DNA of 44,001 bases from a virus (taxonomy: Duplodnaviria; Caudoviricetes), in IMG/VR virus record IMGVR_UViG_3300047290_000202, positions 1 to 44,001 of that record. One strand, given 5' to 3'. This document shows, one piece after another, positions 9,501-16,618 of this stretch. How positions within the stretch are numbered: position 1 is the first letter of the stretch; the number at the start of each line of letters is the position of its first letter. A program made the position numbers and the translations under genes. The notes under the pieces were generated by a model that worked only from the letters and a program-made list of their open reading frames with translations, searched no databases and was not told the DNA's origin.

Positions 9501-10896
9501 GATAAGCACATTCTTGCCACCAGGCCTGCATTTCTGGAAAGGTCTTGATGAAGTCTGTACCTCGCCTACGATCATGCTCGCTGAAAAAGCGGTAGAAATC
9601 CGCTTGATGTCTGTGTCGCTGATCTGCGGGTGTGGCCTGGCCGGCACGCATCCAAGCTATGTCACGATCCAGGCGCGCTATCTCATAGTCCTTGAAACCC
9701 TGGAAGCGCGTCTGTTCTGTTTCCACCTGGCGCAGCATCCAGGCCCAGAGATGCTCCAGGCGATCTGCATAGCTCTCGGGCAGGATCTGGAGACTCTGCC
9801 AGGCTGGTTGGCGCAGCACTGGGGTATCAAACCACACCCGCTGATAGGTTTTACTATAGGTCTTTCTCAGACCCAAGATGCCCGCGAACAGGCTGTCGAG
9901 ACTGGTCACTGACAGGTTGTTCATGGTCACGATAAATGTGAGGCTGTTACGGTAGGGTATCTCAGTCAAGAACTGATTCACACGATCCCACAGGAGGTCA
10001 AAGTCTAGACCATGACGCATGTATTGGGCTTGTGCGCCCCAGCCATCTAGGCTCACGTACTGCATAAAGTGTTCCAGGCGCCCTTCTTGGCACAGTTCCA
10101 CTAGGTAACCCTTGTAGCGTTGCCAGCTCTTCTCGTCTACTGAAAAGTTACTGGTCACACAGAGGTGCAGGTCAGGCCTGGGATGATCCAACACATAGTC
10201 AAACACCCGGTAGGTGTTGCGATCCAAGAGAGGTTCGCCGCCGGTCATCCTGAAGTGGCTCAGCTGGGGGTACAGGTCCGGCCACCACTGCCAAAACGCC
10301 TCTACATAGGGATTGTGTTCCCGGGCAGGGATAGGGCGCCGATCCCCAACAAAATGCTCTGGAGCGTTATGAGGTACCAGGGTAGGATATGCGCCCAGTC
10401 TAGCTGTTTCGTCAGCCCAAGAACTGCTAAATTGAGGGCTGCAATAGCTGCACTTGAGATTGCAAGCATGATTGAAATTGACTTCAACGTAACTGGGAAT
10501 GACATCTTCATCTCCGGTTGAGTTTTTGATCTTGTCAAAATCCACAGCAGCCCAGGGCTCGCCGGATCGATAGTGGCGATCGCTAAGTTTGCCTTGGTCC
10601 TCCATGTTCCAGCAGTACTGACATTCCGCGGGACGCTCACCGGCCAGCATCAGTTTCCGCTGCTGCTTCTTGTGTTCGGTGTTGTGCAGGGCCGCAGGAG
10701 TGCGCCCAATGGCTTCTATTGGTATTTTGTGCAGCGGAGGATGATAACAACTGTTGTTGAGACCCGTGGGCAGGTGCAAGCTGACCTGGCGCCATTTGGC
10801 CAGGCACAGGGCCGGACCCAGCTGAGCCTGCATGTGCTCTGCCGAGCTTAGGAACTGGCTTTTGAACTCCGAGTCTACTTCATCACCAGCACTCAC
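9484..10896 (-). CDS. Radical SAM enzyme (subgroup A)
   Basis: CNLKCSYC, MTGGEPL, VSLDG; N-terminal CLAKW...SCYHPP.H...ALHNT...CQYCW; paralog of 5058-6425. Confidence 0.9.
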   Translation of the reverse strand: MSAGDEVDSEFKSQFLSSAEHMQAQLGPALCLAKWRQVSLHLPTGLNNSCYHPPLHKIPIEAIGRTPAALHNTEHKKQQRKLMLAGERPAECQYCWNMEDQGKLSDRHYRSGEPWAAVDFDKIKNSTGDEDVIPSYVEVNFNHACNLKCSYCSPQFSSSWADETARLGAYPTLVPHNAPEHFVGDRRPIPAREHNPYVEAFWQWWPDLYPQLSHFRMTGGEPLLDRNTYRVFDYVLDHPRPDLHLCVTSNFSVDEKSWQRYKGYLVELCQEGRLEHFMQYVSLDGWGAQAQYMRHGLDFDLLWDRVNQFLTEIPYRNSLTFIVTMNNLSVTSLDSLFAGILGLRKTYSKTYQRVWFDTPVLRQPAWQSLQILPESYADRLEHLWAWMLRQVETEQTRFQGFKDYEIARLDRDIAWMRAGQATPADQRHRHQADFYRFFSEHDRRRGTDFIKTFPEMQAWWQECAYHARTL

Positions 10897-11747
10897 TTGA
10901 GTCCCATCTCCTGACGGATCTTGGTGGCCGAAATGTCAGTGATGCTGGCATCGAAAGTTTCTTCGCCTGCGCTATAACCTACACCACGCCCCCAACCTAT
11001 GTGCACGATGTTGGGCACCACCTGGATGTCATACTGCCCCTGGTACAAGGGGTCGAGATCTCGACGTATGCGGCGCTCCACTTCTTGTAACTCAAATGGA
11101 TTGGATCCCTGCCACCCTTGCACGTCTCGGATCTGTATTATGACCTGTCCAGTACGTTCCAGCAGCCGTTCAAACAAGGCACGATGCCCGGCGTGCCAGG
11201 GCTGCCAGCGACCCAACATCTGCACAGTGGGCTGTCGCCAATCAAACTGGGGCCGTCGCTGATTATTCAGTATGTGATGTCCTATATAGGCTGCCCAATG
11301 CTGTGCATGTTTCTCGGTTATACGAAAATCATAGTGCTGGGGCGGCACGAACATTTGATTGGTATCTTCGAATCTGCCCGCGTCGATGGTATCCATCCAT
11401 ATGGTCCAGTCAGCTTTGAAATTGGTTCGCATCTCCGGCAAAGGTGCCACAAAGTCACAGATCACGTAGTGAGCATTGCTGCTCAGAGCGAAATCCAACA
11501 TGCGTAGACTTTGGCGAATACGGCCTTCAGTGCTAAAGTCCCAATCGTTGAAACGCTTGCGTACCTGATCTGCATTGAACCAACTGACCCGACAGGTCTC
11601 TTCCACGCCGCCTATCTCCGCTGCCACTGCCAGCTGCTCCACCGGCATAAAGCTGGGATTCCAATGTGCTTGTAGCCATTTTTGCAACTCTCCAGCTAGG
11701 GTGGTCTTGCCGGAGCCAGGCAGTCCCATTATCAAAATTCTGTTCAT
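10893..11747 (-). CDS. cysC: Adenylylsulfate (APS) kinase-like P-loop domain fused to a cytidylyltransferase-like (HxGH) nucleotidyltransferase
   Basis: Start at ATG 11747 (ATGA overlap, GGAG upstream). Walker A GLPGSGKTT, FNADQVR, DFSTEGRIRQ, CDFVAP and FVPP match the CysC pattern. The C-terminal domain has GRWQPWHAGH and ISATKIR, typical of the NMNAT/cytidylyltransferase superfamily. Confidence 0.75.
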   Translation of the reverse strand: MNRILIMGLPGSGKTTLAGELQKWLQAHWNPSFMPVEQLAVAAEIGGVEETCRVSWFNADQVRKRFNDWDFSTEGRIRQSLRMLDFALSSNAHYVICDFVAPLPEMRTNFKADWTIWMDTIDAGRFEDTNQMFVPPQHYDFRITEKHAQHWAAYIGHHILNNQRRPQFDWRQPTVQMLGRWQPWHAGHRALFERLLERTGQVIIQIRDVQGWQGSNPFELQEVERRIRRDLDPLYQGQYDIQVVPNIVHIGWGRGVGYSAGEETFDASITDISATKIRQEMGLK

Positions 11748-12343
11748 GTGTTGTATCTCCAATGTTGCAAGGCCTCTTTGACCAAGTCAATGTTCTTTAT
11801 CATCTGTTCGGGCGGGAAGCAATAAGAATTTTTCTTGATAACACTTGCCCCAAAATCAATATCTTCATAATACATAATGAGATTTGGATCAAATTGATCG
11901 TCAATTATCTGATCCACTATGAACTGTTCGATATCATCGTAGGTCACAGTGAGGGTATCTGGCCCCACATAGTCCTGACCGCCGTGATCAAAGTTATAGA
12001 TGGCTCCGATATGACGGAAGTAGATCCAACTGGCAAACTGTTTGCCCTTGTCTCGCCTACGTAGGGCAATCACAAACGTATTGATTTTTATTTTTTCCAC
12101 TAACTGCAATGCGCCCAACTTGGCTCTACTTTGTACCACATGAGCTAACCTTGGCATATCATGGCTCTCGGTAAAAATGCCAAGGTCAAACCATGGTCGT
12201 GATGACTTTTGCGCCATACCTATTTCGCCTAGATACTTGAATGGTAGGCGAGATTGGATAATGCTGGCCAAAGCATGGGTGCCTGATCTAGGGGCTCCCA
12301 GTACGAGACAATTATGTCCAGGGGTATAACCGGTCAGGATCAC
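11744..12343 (-). CDS. Sulfotransferase-like protein (Stf0-like, PAPS-dependent)
   Basis: 5'-PSB loop LVLGAPRSGTHAL, 3'-PB-like LRRRD...QFASW and YYED. Start probably GTG 12343 (GTGA overlap). Visibly more AT-rich than its neighbours. Confidence 0.75.
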   Translation of the reverse strand: MILTGYTPGHNCLVLGAPRSGTHALASIIQSRLPFKYLGEIGMAQKSSRPWFDLGIFTESHDMPRLAHVVQSRAKLGALQLVEKIKINTFVIALRRRDKGKQFASWIYFRHIGAIYNFDHGGQDYVGPDTLTVTYDDIEQFIVDQIIDDQFDPNLIMYYEDIDFGASVIKKNSYCFPPEQMIKNIDLVKEALQHWRYNT

Positions 12344-13275
12344 CAACCCTCCTGCTGGCGTATCACATCTATCTCACGGATCATGACGCCACGGTTGTGC
12401 CAATCCGAACGGTAATGACGTTTGAAAAAAGCACTCTGTTCAGCTGGCAAGATGGCTACTGGTAGTCCCAGCTGTTCGTGAAGTTCGATGCCCACCTGTC
12501 CTGCCAACAGCCTGGGATCGCTGTTTTCAACCGTGCACCAAAGCTCGGCCAGATTGTCAAACCACTGCACCTGATTGTGATCCCAATTGGTCAGCACTGT
12601 CATGTAGGTACCCTGGCGGGCCCCCGCTATGGCCCAATAGCCATGCTCTACGTCAACCCCCACGTTGTGCCATATGGTGAGATTGTCCATGTTGCGACGA
12701 TTGACCTGCTCTTTGAAATCAGCCACTGTGGGCCGGCGACCCTGGTTGAGCACCATCTTTACTCCCTCGCGGAAACCTGCGCGCCACGCTTGGAATGCTG
12801 ATCCGTTGGGGTACGTGGTGCTGTAGCAATCATGCATGGCCCAGTAGAGACTGTTCTTGTAGTCCAGACAAAAATCCACGGTGTGCGTTTCGCTGCCTTG
12901 GGCCAGCTCATGGGTGCGCATGTCGCGAACATAGGTCTTGGTCCACGAGCTGATGCCACCGTTACCGTACATCAATCCGTTGATGTGATTGCGGGCACGC
13001 CAGCGGAACACCGCCTGTTCGTGCTGCTCAGTAGGGTACTGCAGGGTGAGATTGAAAAACTGGGGGTCCGGTAGATTGTCGCCGTCGATGAGAACAAAGC
13101 GTTCTGTGGTGCTAGCTTCGGCAGCGGCCTTGTGCGCGGCATCACTACCTTTGACCCCGTCTACCCTGCGGGCCCAGGGTGCCATGTTCTTGATCTTGGC
13201 CCAAAATTCTTCCTTGAGTGGCTCATCATAGCTGAGATAGATGAGGTCAAGGTCTGCAATATCTTCACTCTTCAT
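12340..13275 (-). CDS. Putative GT-A fold glycosyltransferase
   Basis: LIYLSYDEP N-terminal strand, RVDGVKGSDAAHKAAA, FVLIDGDN (DxD motif) and YGNGG. Confidence 0.6.
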   Translation of the reverse strand: MKSEDIADLDLIYLSYDEPLKEEFWAKIKNMAPWARRVDGVKGSDAAHKAAAEASTTERFVLIDGDNLPDPQFFNLTLQYPTEQHEQAVFRWRARNHINGLMYGNGGISSWTKTYVRDMRTHELAQGSETHTVDFCLDYKNSLYWAMHDCYSTTYPNGSAFQAWRAGFREGVKMVLNQGRRPTVADFKEQVNRRNMDNLTIWHNVGVDVEHGYWAIAGARQGTYMTVLTNWDHNQVQWFDNLAELWCTVENSDPRLLAGQVGIELHEQLGLPVAILPAEQSAFFKRHYRSDWHNRGVMIREIDVIRQQEGW

Positions 13276-13588
13276 AGGTTCGTAAGGTCCACTTTTTGTT
13301 GGGTCGATCAGCTGCCACTACCACTGCCACGCTCCAGGGATCACAGGCTGTGCCCTGATCGCCGGGCACCAGCTTTTGGCTGGTAGGCACTGTGATCTGC
13401 TGTATACGGCCATTGATCACTTTGATGTTGCTCTGGTTAAGGTGATAAGTGTCCTGATCGATCTCGATGTATGTACCAGGCACATCCTCCATGCTGTAGA
13501 ATAACGCACGGCCCGTGACCTCATCATAGTAGAGCCTGTAGAATATGGGTGCAGGATTGGGATACCCGGGCCAGCGTTTGATCGTCAT
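13265..13588 (-). CDS. Hypothetical protein (107 aa)
   Basis: Start reassigned to ATG 13588 (MTIKRWPG; ATGA overlap, GAGGTG RBS); FYRLYYD..TG motif; coupled to the downstream GT gene. Confidence 0.75.
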   Translation of the reverse strand: MTIKRWPGYPNPAPIFYRLYYDEVTGRALFYSMEDVPGTYIEIDQDTYHLNQSNIKVINGRIQQITVPTSQKLVPGDQGTACDPWSVAVVVAADRPNKKWTLRTYEE

Positions 13589-13767
13589 CGCCACCTCAAT
13601 ATAAACCAAGCTCTGGCTGCTGCGCTGTCAAACACCAATTGACTATCCTGGACCATCATGCCCCAGGGACGCCAATAGTCAGGTCCCCATTCCCAAACAT
13701 CATGCGGCTTGTTCATGACATAATCGTGGAAGAAATTGTCAAATGCTAGATCCTCTGCGCGACTCAT
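13585..13767 (-). CDS. Small L[RK]W-terminal family protein 5 (60 aa)
   Basis: Start ATG 13767 (MSRAEDL); ends FDSAAARAWFILRWR. Confidence 0.75.
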   Translation of the reverse strand: MSRAEDLAFDNFFHDYVMNKPHDVWEWGPDYWRPWGMMVQDSQLVFDSAAARAWFILRWR

Positions 13768-14042
13768 GACCACCTCAGCAAGAACCAAACACTATCAGCT
13801 TCGTCACGAAACCAAAAAGTATCGAATCGCAGGAACCAACGTGGGCTAGCACCTAACCTGCCCTCTTCGCCAAAGGTCTGTTGACACCATGCTAAAATTT
13901 CCATCTCACCTTCTTCACCAAAAAACACGGGTCTTATGGTATGATAGGGTTTTCCAAATACCTTGCCCGGTTCACATATGAGTTCGGGCTTGGGTATATA
14001 GGGCGTATAAAAGAGCCCGACAGTAGCGTTACTGTTGCTCAT
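13764..14042 (-). CDS. Small L[RK]W-terminal family protein 4 (92 aa)
   Basis: Start ATG 14042 (MSNSNATV); ends FRDEADSVWFLLRWS. Confidence 0.8.
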   Translation of the reverse strand: MSNSNATVGLFYTPYIPKPELICEPGKVFGKPYHTIRPVFFGEEGEMEILAWCQQTFGEEGRLGASPRWFLRFDTFWFRDEADSVWFLLRWS

Positions 14043-14329
14043 GACCACCTCAACAACCAAGGCAGGATATCTGGACGATGGCTAAATCCCCACCATTCTG
14101 TGCCATCTTCCCCTGCGCTGTAACAGGCTGTTTGTCCCTGCAAAGTATGTTCACACCACGCCCAATAATCATTGTGGCCCCTCCTAATACGGCTGTGTTC
14201 CAATAGCACAAACCATTGTCCCCTGAAGCCCGAACTGAGTTCCCAGGCCCACAGCGGACTGTCTGGCTGTCCCAGACCAGATTTGATATTGTCATAGTGG
14301 TCCACGAACTGTTGTCGATCCAATATCAT
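14039..14329 (-). CDS. Small L[RK]W-terminal family protein 3 (96 aa)
   Basis: Start ATG 14329 (MILDRQQ); ends FSHRPDILPWLLRWS. Confidence 0.8.
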   Translation of the reverse strand: MILDRQQFVDHYDNIKSGLGQPDSPLWAWELSSGFRGQWFVLLEHSRIRRGHNDYWAWCEHTLQGQTACYSAGEDGTEWWGFSHRPDILPWLLRWS

Positions 14330-14532
14330 GACCATTTGAGCATGTAAAACGTCGCGTCTTGCGGTGAATCGAATTCAGCGGTAACTTCTATGGTGCCCTG
14401 TGCAGGCCGCACACACCATTTGGCTTGAGGATAACAGCGGTTGAGAAAGTCCAAAACCACTTGACATGAATGATCATCTATGGGCTCCCACTGTATCAGA
14501 GCCATGATCTGTTGATTGATCTTGTCGGTCAT
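14326..14532 (-). CDS. Small L[RK]W-terminal family protein 2 (68 aa)
   Basis: Start ATG 14532 (MTDKINQQ); ends FDSPQDATFYMLKWS. Confidence 0.75.
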   Translation of the reverse strand: MTDKINQQIMALIQWEPIDDHSCQVVLDFLNRCYPQAKWCVRPAQGTIEVTAEFDSPQDATFYMLKWS

Positions 14533-14741
14533 CCCCACCTCAGCTTCATCCATACGTAATCTTGGGGTTGGCTGAACCGGAACAGCATGTGTTCCATCGT
14601 GACCTTGGTCTCATAGCGTTCGCCGGGCAGACCAAAATGGTCCACTGCCCATACTATGACTTCGTTCCAATCGTAGAAGTTAGATGTCCAACCTATCTTG
14701 AGGTCAAAAGTACGTGGGGGCGCGGGTGCTGGATCTATCAC
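14529..14741 (-). CDS. Small L[RK]W-terminal family protein 1 (70 aa)
   Basis: Start reassigned to GTG 14741 (GTGA overlap with the GT stop); ends FSQPQDYVWMKLRWG. Confidence 0.75.
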   Translation of the reverse strand: MIDPAPAPPRTFDLKIGWTSNFYDWNEVIVWAVDHFGLPGERYETKVTMEHMLFRFSQPQDYVWMKLRWG

Positions 14742-15499
14742 GGTTTCCAATCCTTGACATGATAATGCACCGCACCCCATTGTGCGATGCCGTTGATGCG
14801 TAGACCTTGCGCCATATGTTCCCATACCAGCTGTTTGGTCCAATCTTCGAGCACAGTGCCAGCCACGTGTTTCTTCATGTGCACTATGCTGGGCCAGGTA
14901 CTCCAAGGTTGGGTAACTCGGTGCGGGCCCACGATCTGTGCGGCCATGGCATAGACCAGATCCGTGGAGGGCACATCATCAGAATAACGCAGCAGTCTCC
15001 GGAACTGATCCCAATCCTGAAATATGTCTCGCGTCCAGCCAAAGAATTCCTGGGCTAGTGCGCTGCGGCGCCAATAAGTGATGGCGTTGTAGACATCGGG
15101 CAGATGATTTTGATCAAACACCTTGCGGTAGTGTCTGGCCGTGCTGACCTGATCTCGCCAATTTCTACACCCAGTGCTCACGCATACTTCGTTGAGTCTC
15201 ATCTGGGGCCACCAATGTGCTATGGGGCTGGTGATCAACATGTCAGCTTCCAATTTTATGGTTTCTCGGAATGGGGTGAGATTGATCACTTGCCAGTCGT
15301 TGGCCCACACGTTATCATAGTTCACGTTCTGCAGCAGATGCACATAGTCGTAGCCCGTGACTCCTGCATGATCCGTGATCAAGCAGACACGAGCACCCGG
15401 GTGCCAATAACGCACGCTCTGAGCCAACTGCTCTGCGCAACGTAGGTACTGCTGGCCCACAGCCACGATCACGTAGCCCTGTTCCTCAAGCGGCTTCAA
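14738..15499 (-). CDS. Putative GT-A glycosyltransferase (GT8/mannosyltransferase-like)
   Basis: GYVIVA..Y...A..LA.S......VCLITD and TPFRETIKLEADM (ExD), DLVYAMA, IVHMK; paralog of 15486-16277. Confidence 0.65.
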   Translation of the reverse strand: MKPLEEQGYVIVAVGQQYLRCAEQLAQSVRYWHPGARVCLITDHAGVTGYDYVHLLQNVNYDNVWANDWQVINLTPFRETIKLEADMLITSPIAHWWPQMRLNEVCVSTGCRNWRDQVSTARHYRKVFDQNHLPDVYNAITYWRRSALAQEFFGWTRDIFQDWDQFRRLLRYSDDVPSTDLVYAMAAQIVGPHRVTQPWSTWPSIVHMKKHVAGTVLEDWTKQLVWEHMAQGLRINGIAQWGAVHYHVKDWKP

Positions 15500-16277
15500 T
15501 CACGGCCTCCAGGTGACTCTTGCCCATGGCATGGAAATCCAGACCATTGAATCCCGTGGCACGCATAGCGCCCTGGCTGGTGCGCCAAGTACAGCGCCAA
15601 TCGGTATCAGACACCTGCTCAAGCTCAGTATCGGGCATGACCGACCACAGACTCCAAGGAATAGCGCTCACGCGGGCAGTACATCCATTGACCAACTGCA
15701 GGGCCATGCTTACAGCGTAGTCGTTGCGATAGGTTGCCTGGTTGATACCGTACAGCTCGCGATAGTGACTCCAATTATCTCTTATCATCTGCATCATGCC
15801 AAACACATAGCCTGCCATGGCAGATCTACGCCATGTCATGACCGTGGCCCATGACATGGGCAATGCGTGGCGCCCGTACGTGGCATGACCGTGCATGCTG
15901 CGACCAGTCACATCCAATGCTCGATCGTGCAACATGATGTCAAGATCGTAGGTCAGTAGCAGAGCAAGATCTGAACTGTTGATCACGTAGTCAGCGTCCA
16001 ACAACAGGGTCCGGTCCCAGGGCGATAGATCATAGGCGTCTACCCTAGATGCGTTGTGCCATGACACTCGTTGGCCATGATCTTCAAAATGTCTCGTACC
16101 ACCCGTGCTGGGCTGTGCCACTATCACCCGGTCAAAACCCTGTACCCCGGGATCGTTGGTCACGATAGCCACTGGAATATCCAGAAACCTGCGTATGCGT
16201 TCAGCACTCCAAGCGGCCAGTTTCACATAGTCGGTGGCTTCGTTGTTGAACGCAAAGATCAAGGCACCGGTGGTCAT
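15486..16277 (-). CDS. Putative GT-A glycosyltransferase (GT8/mannosyltransferase-like)
   Basis: GALIFA....DY...A, PVAIVT, SPWDRTLLLDADY (DxD), RNDYAVSMA, FHAMGK. Confidence 0.65.
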   Translation of the reverse strand: MTTGALIFAFNNEATDYVKLAAWSAERIRRFLDIPVAIVTNDPGVQGFDRVIVAQPSTGGTRHFEDHGQRVSWHNASRVDAYDLSPWDRTLLLDADYVINSSDLALLLTYDLDIMLHDRALDVTGRSMHGHATYGRHALPMSWATVMTWRRSAMAGYVFGMMQMIRDNWSHYRELYGINQATYRNDYAVSMALQLVNGCTARVSAIPWSLWSVMPDTELEQVSDTDWRCTWRTSQGAMRATGFNGLDFHAMGKSHLEAVIEAA

Positions 16278-16579
16278 CTCTGGCTCGATATCTCTTGATA
16301 TTCACACTCCCAGGCATTCATCTGCTCTTGCCACTTGGTCTGCATGATGTCACGCATGACCCGGGCGTTGAATTTGATCGGGGTATCATAGAGGTCGGGT
16401 ACAACCACATCCTGATCACCGTAGAGAGCGAGAAACGTGATCATTTCGGGAGATGCGCGCCACATGCCACCATTGTGCCCAAAGATCATTTTGGTCTGGT
16501 ATTTTTCCCGGAGCACACGCCGAGCAGACTCGTGATCAAAACGAGCCCGCGCATATTTGATTAGATCATCAGTATCCAT
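16274..16579 (-). CDS. Hypothetical protein (101 aa), first gene of the modification locus
   Basis: Clean ORF directly downstream of the sigma70-type promoter and coupled by ATGA to the GT gene. Confidence 0.8.
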   Translation of the reverse strand: MDTDDLIKYARARFDHESARRVLREKYQTKMIFGHNGGMWRASPEMITFLALYGDQDVVVPDLYDTPIKFNARVMRDIMQTKWQEQMNAWECEYQEISSQR

Positions 16580-16614
16580 CCTGTAATTGTACAGGACTAG
16601 GCGGTGTCAGTCAA
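16579..16614 (-). promoter_or_regulatory. Sigma70-type promoter TTGACT-N17-TACAAT, leaderless, overlapped by a palindrome
   Basis: -35 TTGACT at 16614-16609, 17-nt spacer, -10 TACAAT at 16591-16586, ATG 6 nt downstream. Inverted repeat TCCTGTA-N4-TACAGGA at 16579-16596. Confidence 0.7.
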
Positions 16615-16618
16615 CCAA

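Larger units (their letters stand above)
13585..14542 (-). repeat. Dispersed junction repeat TGAGGTGGnnATGA (4 copies plus 1 variant)
   Basis: On the + strand: tcatcgccacctca (13585), tcatgaccacctca (13764), tcatgaccacctca (14039), tcatccccacctca (14529), and the variant tcatgaccatttga (14326). Confidence 0.85.

Noticed and set aside
9501-9647. N-terminal extension of the 427-aa ORF, and the similar extension 14742-14906
   Set aside because: Both overlap conserved C-termini of upstream genes; downstream starts fit the coupling pattern.
295-10896. Assigning the radical SAM genes to MoaA, PqqE, NrdG, QueE or anSME
   Set aside because: Domain order and context do not match, and no partner genes such as a sulfatase, pqq, nrdD or que are present, so no symbol was given.
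13585-14542. Junction repeats as a CRISPR array or integron attC sites
   Set aside because: The repeats are only about 14 nt, non-palindromic, irregularly spaced 180-290 nt apart and protein-coding; no cas or integrase gene is in the window.
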